From the NCBI GenBank assembly GCA_963727535.1, contig CAVSGR010000005.1:11251-75250 (forward strand): DNA of 64,000 nucleotides, in the 5' to 3' direction. The notes under the pieces are model-generated. The model ran no database searches, was not told the origin of the DNA, and saw only the letters and a program-made list of their open reading frames with translations. Positions 40,746-50,790 of this stretch are shown here, in pieces. The translations under genes and the position numbers were made by a program. The first letter of the stretch is position 1; each line of letters starts with the position of its first letter. The DNA comes from an uncultured Ignavibacteria bacterium. Its GTDB lineage: Bacteria > Bacteroidota > Ignavibacteria > Ignavibacteriales > Ignavibacteriaceae.

Positions 40746-42872
40746 ATGAAGTTGTTTCTACTTTTTCTTTTTTGTTTAATTGATATTTCTCTTTCACAAA
40801 CAAAAATTTCAGGCAAAGTAACGACTGAAAATGGGGAAGCACTTCCTTCAGCTAACGTTTTTCTTAAAGATACTTATGACGGCGTTTCAACTGATGTAAA
40901 CGGCAATTATTCTTTTACTACTTCTGAAGAAGGGGAAGGTATTGTGGTTGCGAGTTTTATTGGTTACAAATCTCAGCAGAAAAAAGTTACACTCGATGGA
41001 AATCCTATAACTGTTGATTTTGTTCTTGAAGAAGAAGCGAGTGAACTTAACCAGGTTGTTATTTCCGCCGGCTCTTTTGAAGCAAGCGATGAAAAGAAAT
41101 CCGTAATATTAAAACCTTTGGATGTTGTAACAACAGCAGGTGCGGAAGCAGATGTTTACGGAGTTCTCCAAACTTTGCCTGGCACACAGACAATTGGAGA
41201 AACAGAAGGCTTGTTTGTCCGCGGCGGTTCTGCTGCAGAAGCAAAAACAATAATCGATGGAATGGTTGTAGAAAATCCTTATAGCTCGAGTGTCCCGGAT
41301 GTTCCTGCAAGAGGAAGATTCTCTCCTTTCATTTTTAAAGGAACAATTTTTAGTACAGGCGGTTATTCTGCACAATACGGACAGGCTTTGTCATCAGCAT
41401 TAATTCTTAACAGCCAGGATCTGGCACCTTCAACTCAAAGTTCAATTAATATTATGGCTTTGGGAATAGGCGGTTCTCATACTCAAAGATGGGAAAATAC
41501 TTCTTTGTCCGGCGAATTCAATTACTATAATCTCAAACCTTATTTTCAAATTCAAAAACAGAATACAGATTGGACGACTCCTCCTTATGGAATCGATGGC
41601 TCAATTATATTCAGACAAAAAACTTCACAGACAGGAATTCTAAAATTTTATTCGACCTATTCAAACAGCCATCTTGCATTAAATGTTGATGATATTGAAA
41701 ATCCACAGTACAAAGATCAGTTTTCACTTAAGGATGATAACATTTATTTAAATGGAAGTTATAATGAAATTCTGGGCGATGACTGGACATTGTTTACAGG
41801 AGTTTCTTATTCAAAAGATTTTAAGGATATTAATCTTGCCGATACTTTGATTGGTTCGAGAGAACAACTTGCCCAGACAAAAGTAACCTTAAGCAAAAGC
41901 ATATTTGGAAATTCCTCTCTTACTTTTGGAGGAGAATTTCATAATCTAAAAATAAACGAGAGTTATAGCCAGTACAGAAGGAAACTCGATAATAATTTTT
42001 ATGCCGGTTATGCAGAGACTGAACTTTTCATTACTAAAGATATTGCTGCGAGAATTGGTTTACGTTTTGAAAAAGATAATGCAATTGATAAAACCAATAT
42101 TGCCCCCCGCACTGCTCTTGCTTACAAAGTAGGAGAAGGAAGCACATTTAATTTTGCTTACGGACAATTTTATGAAACTCCCGAAAAAGATTTTCTTTAC
42201 AGTAATTCTTCATCTTTGAGCTTTGAGAAGGCAATTCATTACATTCTTAATTATCAATACATGGATGAATTTTATACATTCAGGATTGAAGGCTATTATA
42301 AAAAATATGATGATCTTGTTAAGCAGGTTACTTTCCCAAAGGATTATTCCTATCCTCTTTATAACAACAGCGGATCAGGTTATGCAAAAGGAATCGATAT
42401 TTTCTGGAGAGATAAAAAAACTTTTAGTTTGGCAGATTACTGGATTTCTTATTCTTATTTAGATACGAAAAGAAATTACCATGATTTTACAAGTATGGCT
42501 CAACCGACTTTTGCAACTCCCCATACTTTATCAATAGTATTTAAAAGATGGGTGCCAGAAATAACAACTTATTTAGGTTTTACATATTCTTTTGCAACTG
42601 GAAGACCATATTACAATCCAAACAATCCTGTTTTTAACGGAGACAAAACGAAGAACTATAATAATCTTAGCTTTAATGCAAGTTATCTAATAAACCTGTT
42701 TGGTAATTTTACAGTTGTCTATTTTTCAGTTACAAATGTGCTTGGTTTCGATAATGTATTTGGTTACAGGTACTCGAATGATGGAAGCTACAAGGAAGCC
42801 ATTGTTCCCACTACTTTACGTTCAGCTTTTCTTGGTATATTTATTTCGCTAGGAAGTGATAATCCATATTGA
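40746..42872 (+). CDS. TonB-dependent receptor with N-terminal carboxypeptidase-regulatory-like domain
   Basis: ISGKVTTENGEALPSANVFLKDTYDGVSTDVNGNYSF (CarbopepD_reg-like), a plug region, and a beta-barrel to the C-terminus. Confidence 0.85.
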   Translation: MKLFLLFLFCLIDISLSQTKISGKVTTENGEALPSANVFLKDTYDGVSTDVNGNYSFTTSEEGEGIVVASFIGYKSQQKKVTLDGNPITVDFVLEEEASELNQVVISAGSFEASDEKKSVILKPLDVVTTAGAEADVYGVLQTLPGTQTIGETEGLFVRGGSAAEAKTIIDGMVVENPYSSSVPDVPARGRFSPFIFKGTIFSTGGYSAQYGQALSSALILNSQDLAPSTQSSINIMALGIGGSHTQRWENTSLSGEFNYYNLKPYFQIQKQNTDWTTPPYGIDGSIIFRQKTSQTGILKFYSTYSNSHLALNVDDIENPQYKDQFSLKDDNIYLNGSYNEILGDDWTLFTGVSYSKDFKDINLADTLIGSREQLAQTKVTLSKSIFGNSSLTFGGEFHNLKINESYSQYRRKLDNNFYAGYAETELFITKDIAARIGLRFEKDNAIDKTNIAPRTALAYKVGEGSTFNFAYGQFYETPEKDFLYSNSSSLSFEKAIHYILNYQYMDEFYTFRIEGYYKKYDDLVKQVTFPKDYSYPLYNNSGSGYAKGIDIFWRDKKTFSLADYWISYSYLDTKRNYHDFTSMAQPTFATPHTLSIVFKRWVPEITTYLGFTYSFATGRPYYNPNNPVFNGDKTKNYNNLSFNASYLINLFGNFTVVYFSVTNVLGFDNVFGYRYSNDGSYKEAIVPTTLRSAFLGIFISLGSDNPY

Positions 42873-42931
42873 GATATAAAAATCGAAATGAGGAATCATT
42901 AAATCATCATAAATCACAAAGGAACATCCCA

Positions 42932-43579
42932 ATGAAAAAAATATTGTTACCTGTTCTGTTATTAATTTTTTCCTTCAATGCCAGTGCTCAAAACGAAAAG
43001 TTTGTAAAGGCAATGGAAAAGAATATTGCAATGATGGATACAGCACAGTCTGTGACCTCAGTGTTGGCAGTCGAAAATAATTTTGAACGTATTGCTAATG
43101 CAGAAAAAGATAAATGGCTGCCATATTATTATTCAGCTTATCTTTTAGCAATTTCGAGTTTTATGGATACGGTTGTAGAAAAGAAAGATATATATCTTGA
43201 TAAAGCAGAACAATTAGCTTTACTTGCAGATTCTTTAGAACCAAACAATTCGGAGATTTATACATTAAGAGGAATGATTGCCCAGGGAAAACTTACAGTC
43301 GATCCACAGAACAGATACATGAAGTATGGACAACTTTCATCGAGCTATTTAACCAAAGCGGCAGAACTGGATACCACAAATCCGCGTCCAGATTTCCTGG
43401 TTGGACAAAGCACACTTTATACGCCCCAGCAATTCGGAGGAGGTAAAGAAAAAGCTCTCCCGATTTTAAAAAAGGCAGAAGAGAAGTTTAAGAGCTTTAA
43501 ACCTGAAAGTAGCATTCATCCTGATTGGGGAGAAGATATGCTTCAACACATTTTGCAAGGAGTTGAAGCGGGTAATTAG
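42932..43579 (+). CDS. Hypothetical secreted helical (TPR-like) protein
   Basis: Signal peptide MKKILLPVLLLIFSFNASA. Start moved from the TTG at 42869 to the ATG at 42932. Confidence 0.55.
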   Translation: MKKILLPVLLLIFSFNASAQNEKFVKAMEKNIAMMDTAQSVTSVLAVENNFERIANAEKDKWLPYYYSAYLLAISSFMDTVVEKKDIYLDKAEQLALLADSLEPNNSEIYTLRGMIAQGKLTVDPQNRYMKYGQLSSSYLTKAAELDTTNPRPDFLVGQSTLYTPQQFGGGKEKALPILKKAEEKFKSFKPESSIHPDWGEDMLQHILQGVEAGN

Positions 43580-43591
43580 TTTATAAAAAAG

Positions 43592-43642
43592 AGATGACAT
43601 CTTTTTGCGCTTGTCCGCCAGTGGCGGAAAAGATGTCATCTC
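43592..43642. terminator. Strong bidirectional terminator
   Basis: GAGATGACATCTTTT ... AAAAGATGTCATCTC, a 15-bp perfect inverted repeat enclosing an inner CCGCC-AGT-GGCGG hairpin. Confidence 0.75.
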
Positions 43643-43647
43643 TATAT

Positions 43648-46600
43648 TTAACTATTTTTTAAAGCTTCCCGAAGGGATTTTTCAACTGCGTTCTTGAAAC
43701 TACTGAGATCAACAGGTTTCTGAAAAACATTGCGGATTCCAATTTCATTGTAATCATCAATTGTTTGCCTGTCGATAGAGCCGCTTAAAATTATAACGGG
43801 CGGTTTCATTTTTATATCAGCTTTCTTTATCTCAAGCGCTAATTCGTAGCCCGTCATTAAAGGTAGCTTGTGTTCGGTTATGACAAGTGCATAAGTTGAT
43901 GATAAAATTTTATCGAGCGCTTCTTTTCCATCCGACGCAGTTTCAATTTTATAATCGGAAGTAACATGTTTTAAGATTTTTGAGTAAAGAATTTTATCTG
44001 TGATTTTCGGATCGACAAGCAAAATGTTTGCGGAAGCAATAGGCAAAGTGAAAATAAAATCAGATCCTTTTTCAAATTCACTTTCTACTTTAATTGTTCC
44101 TTCATGTTTCTCAACAATTTCTTTTACAAGAGAAAGTCCGAGCCCGGTTCCTTTTTCTCCTGCTGTTCCCTCGGTAGTAAATTTATTATCTATTCCAAAT
44201 AACTTTGGCTGGTCCTCAGGTTTTATTCCTGTTCCTGTATCTTTCACGGAAAATTCATAAAATCTTAAGTGAGATGACGGCTTTGCGGAAATAGTTATGT
44301 TTCCTGTTTCTTTCGTGAACTTAATTGCGTTGGATATAAGATTATTAAAAATTTGTGTTATAAGATCAGGATCGACATAGATGAAAATATCATCCGGTAC
44401 GTTTGAGTTAATAGTAATATTTTTCTGGAAAGCTGTTCCTGCAAGCGCACGGATTGATTTAGAAATCAACTCGGAGGCATTTATTCTTTGGGGCTCAAAA
44501 CGAATTCTTCCGGTTTGCAGCCTTGTCCAATTGAGAAGCGAATTAACAAGCGATAACATTGCATTTGACGACTCCTGGATATAACGAACATACTGATTAC
44601 TTTCATTTTGTGTCAGGGTTTCATCGTTAAGAATAAGATCTGTAAAACCGAGAATTGAACTAAATGGTGTTCTCAAATCGTGAGAGATTATAGAAATAAA
44701 TTTGTCTTTTGTTTCATTCAGCTTGATAAGATTACTGGTAGATTTTTGCAAATCTGATTCGGTCCTTTTCCTTAAAGTTACATCACTTACCAAACCGGAA
44801 ATCTTCTTAACCCCACCATACTCATCGTGCATAGTTTTAATTTTGTTCCTTACCCAAAGCATATTTCCTTGTTTATTTATAATCCTGAACTCGATCTCAG
44901 CAGAAGTTCTCGTTTTACTTTTAATAAGGTTCTTCAGGTTTTCTTTTACATAAGCAAAATCATCCGGGTGGATTATCTTCAGAAATTGCTTAAGGCTTTG
45001 TAGCATTTCCGTTTGGGTGTAACCGGTTATTTTTTCTACAGAAGCTGTATAGAAGACAGGTTTAAAAAATCTTCCCTGTCTTTCGAATGTGTATAAAAAG
45101 TCATCGATACTTTCAATTAAGTTACGGTATCTTTCTTCGGATTCACGAATGCTTTGCAGTGCGCGTCTTCTTTTTGATATATCGCGGTTGATAAGTACCC
45201 GGTATATTTTCCCTTCAGTAACGAAAGAAGAGAGAGTTAATTCGCAATTAAATGTAGCTCCATCTTTTTTCTTCCCGGTAAACTCAAAAATCTCAGGAGT
45301 TTCTTTATTATTATTTCCATTTTGCAAATATCCTGCAACCTGCAATGCATCGCCGGCTGAAACAAAGTCGAGAAAATCTTTCCCTGTTAATTCATTGTCT
45401 GAAGGATATCCATAAAGTTTTGAGAAAGCATCATTTGCGATAACGATTTTGCCGTTGTTTTCAATTGCGGTTGCTTCTTTATTATATTCAAAGAGGACTT
45501 TGAAGAAGGAAAGTTTTTTTTCTTCTTTTTTCTTTTCGGAAAAATCAGAAAGATAAAGATGATACCCGCGTACAATATCTTCACTTTTTACCTGTGTGAC
45601 ATTTGCAATAAAATTAATCCTGTCTCCCTGTTTGCCGGATAACTGAAGTTCTATTGTTTTTGTACTTTGCCCAAGAAGTGTTAGCAAATCTTGATTTGCC
45701 GGATAAATAAAATCTGAAAAAGGTTGTTCCATCACCTCATCTTCAGTAAAATGAAGTTGAGCTGTGAAAGCAGGGTTCACATATTTTATATTTCCCTGTT
45801 CGTCAAGATGTATTATAATTTCATTTGATTGAGTAACGAGATTTCTGAAGTTTTCTTCAAGGGCATTTGACTTAACTTCTTTATTTTCTTGCTCTGAAGC
45901 AGAAAAGAAAGTTATCAGGATAGAAATTTCGTTATCAGACAAAAAGAAAGAAGCTTCAACTACTGCAGGTTCACCGGATTTTTTATTTATTTCAATTCTT
46001 TTCTTGAGGAATTTAACCTGGAATAAATCACGTTTAAATTGTTCAAAGTTTTCTTCACTTAATAACGGGATGAAATCCCATATTGGTTTTTGTTTTGTTT
46101 CAATTGGTGAATAGCCCGTGAAAATTTCTGTCGAGTGTGACCAGTGAGTAATTGTTCCTTTTTCATCTATAACTAAAAATCCATCTGAAATAGATTCTGC
46201 CGCTGTTTCATAGAGCTTTAAAGTTTCTGTTTGTTCTTCGAATCTTTTTCTTTCTGAAATATCTATGAACGAACAGGAAAGATATGGAGATGGTTTCTGA
46301 CTATCTCCTAAAGGACTAACAATACATTCATAAAAAGAAAATTTCTGCCCGATATTTAAATTAATCTCAAATTTATTTTCTGTTTTTTTGTTATAAACAT
46401 CGGAAAGAATTCTATCGAAATCCTGCGGTAAACCGGAAATCATTTCCTGTATTTTTATTTCATTAATATTTTCTTTTAAGATTAAGTGAAGTTTATTTCC
46501 ACCGGAATTTTTTATCATTCCGTTTTTATCAATAACAAAGAAGAGATCGACAGTTTCCTTAATAATATTCTGAAAGGATTGCAGCTTTAAAGAGATGTTT

Positions 46601-47004
46601 TCTTTTGCTTCGGCAGTTACACGTATATCTTCGATTACAAGAATTCCTCCTGCAAAACTTTCTTGCTCAAAAAATGATGAACCTTTAATAACGAGACTTA
46701 TTTCGAAGCCGCGTGAAGTCTTCAGGTTTTTTATTTCTTTTTCAAAAAGATATCCGTCTCTAAGTCCGGACATTTCTTCTCTTAATGAGATGCCGGGAAT
46801 AATTTCATCTGCAAAAATGTTTTTGCCGATGATTGAAGAGGTATTTAAGTGATAGAGATTCCCCATCTTCGAAAATGCAGAATTAACAAAATCTATTTTA
46901 CCTTCGGCATCAAAACTTATTATAGATACCGGAGCTTTTTCGAGAACCTTTAATATTCTTGTTTCTTTTTGCAGAAAGTCGGAGTCGCCGGAAAAATCAT
47001 TCAT
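43648..47004 (-). CDS. Multi-PAS hybrid sensor histidine kinase with atypical C-terminal receiver
   Basis: About five PAS/PAC modules, H-box SIISHDLRTP, N-box NLISNAIKF, G-boxes DTGTGI and GTGLGLSLV, and a REC-like C-terminus. Confidence 0.9.
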   Translation of the reverse strand: MNDFSGDSDFLQKETRILKVLEKAPVSIISFDAEGKIDFVNSAFSKMGNLYHLNTSSIIGKNIFADEIIPGISLREEMSGLRDGYLFEKEIKNLKTSRGFEISLVIKGSSFFEQESFAGGILVIEDIRVTAEAKENISLKLQSFQNIIKETVDLFFVIDKNGMIKNSGGNKLHLILKENINEIKIQEMISGLPQDFDRILSDVYNKKTENKFEINLNIGQKFSFYECIVSPLGDSQKPSPYLSCSFIDISERKRFEEQTETLKLYETAAESISDGFLVIDEKGTITHWSHSTEIFTGYSPIETKQKPIWDFIPLLSEENFEQFKRDLFQVKFLKKRIEINKKSGEPAVVEASFFLSDNEISILITFFSASEQENKEVKSNALEENFRNLVTQSNEIIIHLDEQGNIKYVNPAFTAQLHFTEDEVMEQPFSDFIYPANQDLLTLLGQSTKTIELQLSGKQGDRINFIANVTQVKSEDIVRGYHLYLSDFSEKKKEEKKLSFFKVLFEYNKEATAIENNGKIVIANDAFSKLYGYPSDNELTGKDFLDFVSAGDALQVAGYLQNGNNNKETPEIFEFTGKKKDGATFNCELTLSSFVTEGKIYRVLINRDISKRRRALQSIRESEERYRNLIESIDDFLYTFERQGRFFKPVFYTASVEKITGYTQTEMLQSLKQFLKIIHPDDFAYVKENLKNLIKSKTRTSAEIEFRIINKQGNMLWVRNKIKTMHDEYGGVKKISGLVSDVTLRKRTESDLQKSTSNLIKLNETKDKFISIISHDLRTPFSSILGFTDLILNDETLTQNESNQYVRYIQESSNAMLSLVNSLLNWTRLQTGRIRFEPQRINASELISKSIRALAGTAFQKNITINSNVPDDIFIYVDPDLITQIFNNLISNAIKFTKETGNITISAKPSSHLRFYEFSVKDTGTGIKPEDQPKLFGIDNKFTTEGTAGEKGTGLGLSLVKEIVEKHEGTIKVESEFEKGSDFIFTLPIASANILLVDPKITDKILYSKILKHVTSDYKIETASDGKEALDKILSSTYALVITEHKLPLMTGYELALEIKKADIKMKPPVIILSGSIDRQTIDDYNEIGIRNVFQKPVDLSSFKNAVEKSLREALKNS

Positions 47005-47352
47005 AGTTATTCTTTATTCATTGCCCTTCATAATGCAATTGGCTTATCAATTATAATGCTATAGTTGCTTTATTAAAAAGCACAAATTTGCCCTGTTTTG
47101 AGATGGGGAAATGCTAACTTAACCTATCAAAATTTAATCAATTATGACCAGCTTTAAGAAAATGTGTTTTTTTGAAAAATGTTCTTTTATGAAGATTAAA
47201 AATTCCTGTCTCATATTGAAGCTAAAAAATCGTGAAGTCTCATTATTAAAATATAGTTAGATTTTTTTTGCTAGTATATGTGAAGTTTCTAAAGAGACAA
47301 CTGCACAATTTTTTTATTAAATTAAAACAGCAGCTTAATATTTTTGTAAGAG

Positions 47353-48129
47353 ATGATTGCAAAGTTACTTCAAAAATTAGGAAGAACGACTTTAAACTTT
47401 TTCCAGGAATTCGGACAAGTCTCTAGGCTACTTTTTAACATAATAAAGAGTTTTGCCTGGATACCTCGCAGCCGTAAACTTATTCTTCACCAGATGGAAC
47501 ACATTGGGGTAAATTCAATTCCACTTGTTTTGATAATTGCAATTTTCACAGGAGCTGTTGCTGCATGGCAGGCTGCTTACCAGTTAAGAGGAATAGCTCC
47601 GATGTCATTCCTGGGTGCAGCTACAAGTCGGGCAATAATAACAGAACTTGGTCCTGTTTTAACCGGAATTGTAATTGCGGGTCGTGTTGGTGCATCTATA
47701 GCTGCTGAACTCGGTACAATGAAAGTAACTGAACAGATTGATGCGCTTGAAACCATGGCGATTAGTCCTGTAAGATATCTTGCGATGCCGAGGTTCCTGG
47801 CTTCTATAATTATGCTGCCGGTTCTCGTAGTGTTCGCAAATACAATAGCAGTATTCGGCGCATACATTGTTTCTAATTATTTCCTTGGAATTTCTTTCGC
47901 GGTTTTTTTTACTTCAGTAAAAAGATTTTTCTTATTTTCAGATTTTATGGGCGGAATAGTTAAAACAATTTTCTTTGGTGGAGTAACTTCTCTGTTAGGT
48001 TGTCATATCGGTTTCAGAACACAGGGCGGAGCGGAAGGCGTGGGGCTTGCAACGATTCGTTCTTTTGTTTTATCCGCAGCTCTTATTCTTATCCTCGATT
48101 ATATTTTATGGATGCTGCTGCTGAGTTGA
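47353..48129 (+). CDS. mlaE: MlaE-family ABC transporter permease
   Basis: ITELGPVLTGIVIAGRVGASIAAELGTMKVTEQIDALE is the conserved MlaE/YrbE core. Confidence 0.85.
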   Translation: MIAKLLQKLGRTTLNFFQEFGQVSRLLFNIIKSFAWIPRSRKLILHQMEHIGVNSIPLVLIIAIFTGAVAAWQAAYQLRGIAPMSFLGAATSRAIITELGPVLTGIVIAGRVGASIAAELGTMKVTEQIDALETMAISPVRYLAMPRFLASIIMLPVLVVFANTIAVFGAYIVSNYFLGISFAVFFTSVKRFFLFSDFMGGIVKTIFFGGVTSLLGCHIGFRTQGGAEGVGLATIRSFVLSAALILILDYILWMLLLS

Positions 48130-48136
48130 TTTTATT

Positions 48137-48324
48137 GTAGGGACATAGCGCGCTATGTCCTACTGTAATATATAGCAATATGTCATCCCTACGGGATTCT
48201 GATCATTTCCTGTAATATTTTTTACAATAATTTCATCCCTTCGGGATTTGAAACCATAACCCCGTTAGGGGTAAAATATTTGTAGATCAAGTTCACAACA
48301 GAGAAGTTAAAATCCCGAAGGGAT
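48137..48324. repeat. Cluster of five REP-like palindromes/hairpins
   Basis: GTAGGGACATAGCG/CGCTATGTCCTAC (48137-48163); ATCCC-TAC-GGGAT (48185-48197); ATCCC-TTCG-GGAT (48235-48247); ACCCC-GTTA-GGGGT (about 48259-48272); ATCCC-GAA-GGGAT (about 48312-48324). Confidence 0.65.
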
Positions 48325-48517
48325 GAAATATGTAGATAAACCTTTGGTTTTTTAAATGATAAATTTAAATTTCAGTGGAAATACCAGTCCAATTTTAATA
48401 ATAATATAATCTAAATAGTTAATAATTGGGTTTCTTCGTGTTGATTATAACAGCGCCAAATGTTAATTTTTAACGACAGTTAGTAGCAGTAATCTCAATT
48501 TAAAGAAAGATAGTTTT

Positions 48518-49608
48518 ATGTCAGAAATAAGATATGAATTAAAAGAGACAGCGGGCAAAATATCACTTCCGGAAAAGTTAGGTTTCGGTACCGTTTTTAC
48601 AAATCATATGTTTGTTATGGATTACGATCCGCAAATTGAGGCTGGCATAATCCTGTGATTACCGCTGTTGAAAATATTCCCTTACATCCTGCAAGTATGT
48701 TCATTCATTACGGACAGGCAGTGTTTGAAGGTTTAAAAGCTTTCAGAACAGTAGATGACGATATTGTAATGTTCCGCCCGGAAGAACATATCGCAAGACT
48801 AAACAGGTCTTGTAAAAGAATGTGCATTCCTGAAGTTGATTCTGCTTTTGTTTTGAACGCACTTAAAGAATTAGTTACTATTGAAAAAGATTGGATTCCA
48901 TCAAAACAGGGTGAATCATTATACATAAGACCTTTTGTTTTTGGTTCTGATCCTTTTCTTGGAGTAAGACCATCAACAAAATACAAATTAATAATTTTGT
49001 TGTCTCCTGTCGGTGCTTATTATGCCGAAGGATTTAAACCTGTTAAGATTCTCGTTCAGGATGATTATGTAAGAGCAGTTAGAAAAGGATTGGGAGATTG
49101 TAAAACTCCTGCTAATTATGCTTCGAGTTTGCTTGCTGCAGAAGGGGCAAAGAAAAAAGGTTACACACAGGTTTTATGGCTTGATGCAGTCGAGTTGAAA
49201 TATATAGAAGAAGTAGGAACGATGAACATCTTTATAAGATTTAAAGATGAAGTTGTAACTCCGAAACTTACGGGTGGGATTTTGCCGGGAGTTACGAGAA
49301 AATCTGTTCTTACTTTGTTAAATGATTGGGGTGTAAAAGCATCTGAAAGATTAATTTCTATCGAAGAATTAGTAGAACAATATAAGAAGGGAAATCTCGT
49401 CAGCATTTTTGGAACAGGCACCGCAGCAGTAATTTCGTCTGTAGGCTTGTTGAAATATGGTGATATGGAATTGACAATTAATAACGGTCAACCTGACGAT
49501 CTTGCAATAAAACTTTTTGATGAGTTGACAGGAATTCATTACGGTAAAAAAGAGGACACGCATAACTGGCTTACCTATGTTGTAAAGCAGGGTGCTGAAG
49601 TTTTGTGA
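48518..49608 (+). pseudogene. ilvE: Branched-chain amino acid aminotransferase with one N-terminal frame disruption
   Basis: MSEIRYEL...FTNHMFVMDYDPQIE (frame 1) continues as GWHNPVITAVENIPLHPAS... (frame 2). The parts join if one base is added near GAGG at 48638-48641. BCAT motifs follow downstream. Confidence 0.85.
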
Positions 49609-50690
49609 AAAAGCTTCTTCTCTTTTTTCTTGTTGTTCTTTTTGATGTAAATGTTTACTCTACACAGCCTCCTAGAAATATAATCATAATGATAGGGGAC
49701 GGGATGGGGGTTGGCCAGGTTTCCGCTTCTGTTCTTTCTATGAAGAACGATGCTTTCAGGAGATTTACAACTACCGGGTTTTCAGTTACGTGTTCTGCAG
49801 ATAATCTTGTAACAGATTCTGCTCCGGGCGCGACTGCAATTTCAACAGGTTACAGAACAAATAATAGGACTATTTCCGAAGATCCCTGGTCAGATAAACC
49901 ACTGACAACAATTTTTGAATTGGCAGAAAAGCTTAACAAAGCAACCGGTATCGTTGTTACCTGCTCGATAACTCATGCAACTCCCGCTGCTTTTGTTGCC
50001 CATGTAAAAAGCAGGAATGATGAATTCGATATTGCTGAACAGGAAACTGAAAGAAAAACAGATCTTTTTATTGGCGGAGGTATAAAGTTTTTTACTCCAA
50101 AGTCTGTTGGTGGAGGCAGAACCGATGGAGTAAATCTTCTTTCGAAAGTTGAGAACAATGGTTATGATTATTATGGCAGCTTTGAGAAATTGAAGAACAG
50201 TAACCCTGATAAAAAGTTTTATGCTTTATTTGATAGTACAGGATTACCGAAAGCTGCCGATAGAAATTATACTTTAGGCGATATGACAAAAATAGCTCTC
50301 GACTATTTAAGCAAACAGGATAATGGTTTTATCCTGATGATCGAAGGCTCACAGATTGATTGGGCAGGACACGCAAATGACCAGCCGTATCTTTTATCCG
50401 AGATGAAAGATTTTAATACTGCTTTAAATACTGTTTTGGATTTTGAAGAAAAGAATAAAGAAACTCTCGTTGTTGTAACTGCAGATCACGAAACGGGAGG
50501 AATGAGCATTATCGATGGCAATCTCGACGGTACTAATTTAGATATAAAGTTTTCAACAGGACATCACACAGCAAGTATGGTTGGCATTTTTGCAAAAGGT
50601 CCCGGCGAAGAAGAGTTTAGCGGCATTATGGATAATTATATGATTGGAAGAAAACTTTTTAAGATGCTGGATAAAGAGTATGAATTTTGA
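49605..50690 (+). CDS. Alkaline phosphatase (PhoA family)
   Basis: MIGDGMG, active-site TDSAPGATA, DWAGHAN and ADHETGG motifs. GTG start overlapping the ilvE stop. Confidence 0.88.
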   Translation: MKKLLLFFLVVLFDVNVYSTQPPRNIIIMIGDGMGVGQVSASVLSMKNDAFRRFTTTGFSVTCSADNLVTDSAPGATAISTGYRTNNRTISEDPWSDKPLTTIFELAEKLNKATGIVVTCSITHATPAAFVAHVKSRNDEFDIAEQETERKTDLFIGGGIKFFTPKSVGGGRTDGVNLLSKVENNGYDYYGSFEKLKNSNPDKKFYALFDSTGLPKAADRNYTLGDMTKIALDYLSKQDNGFILMIEGSQIDWAGHANDQPYLLSEMKDFNTALNTVLDFEEKNKETLVVVTADHETGGMSIIDGNLDGTNLDIKFSTGHHTASMVGIFAKGPGEEEFSGIMDNYMIGRKLFKMLDKEYEF

Positions 50691-50760
50691 GATTCTTGTA
50701 TTCTGAAATCAACAGCCTACTTATGTTATATGGCAAGGCGTCGAAGTTATGTAAGAGTTT

Positions 50761-50790
50761 TTCTCCCGATCATTAATTTGGTTGGGAGAA
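50761..50790 (+). terminator. Weak hairpin downstream of the phosphatase gene
   Basis: TTCTCCC-N16-GGGAGAA, a 7-bp stem with a large loop. Confidence 0.3.

Noticed and set aside
40597-40842. 81-aa minus-strand ORF across the TonB-dependent receptor start
   Set aside because: It overlaps the 3' end of gene 39924-40631 and the signal-peptide region of the receptor gene in antisense, with no coding signature.
48137-48324. CRISPR array
   Set aside because: The repeats are short individual hairpins of differing sequence with irregular spacing. There are no direct repeats with unique spacers and no cas genes in the window.
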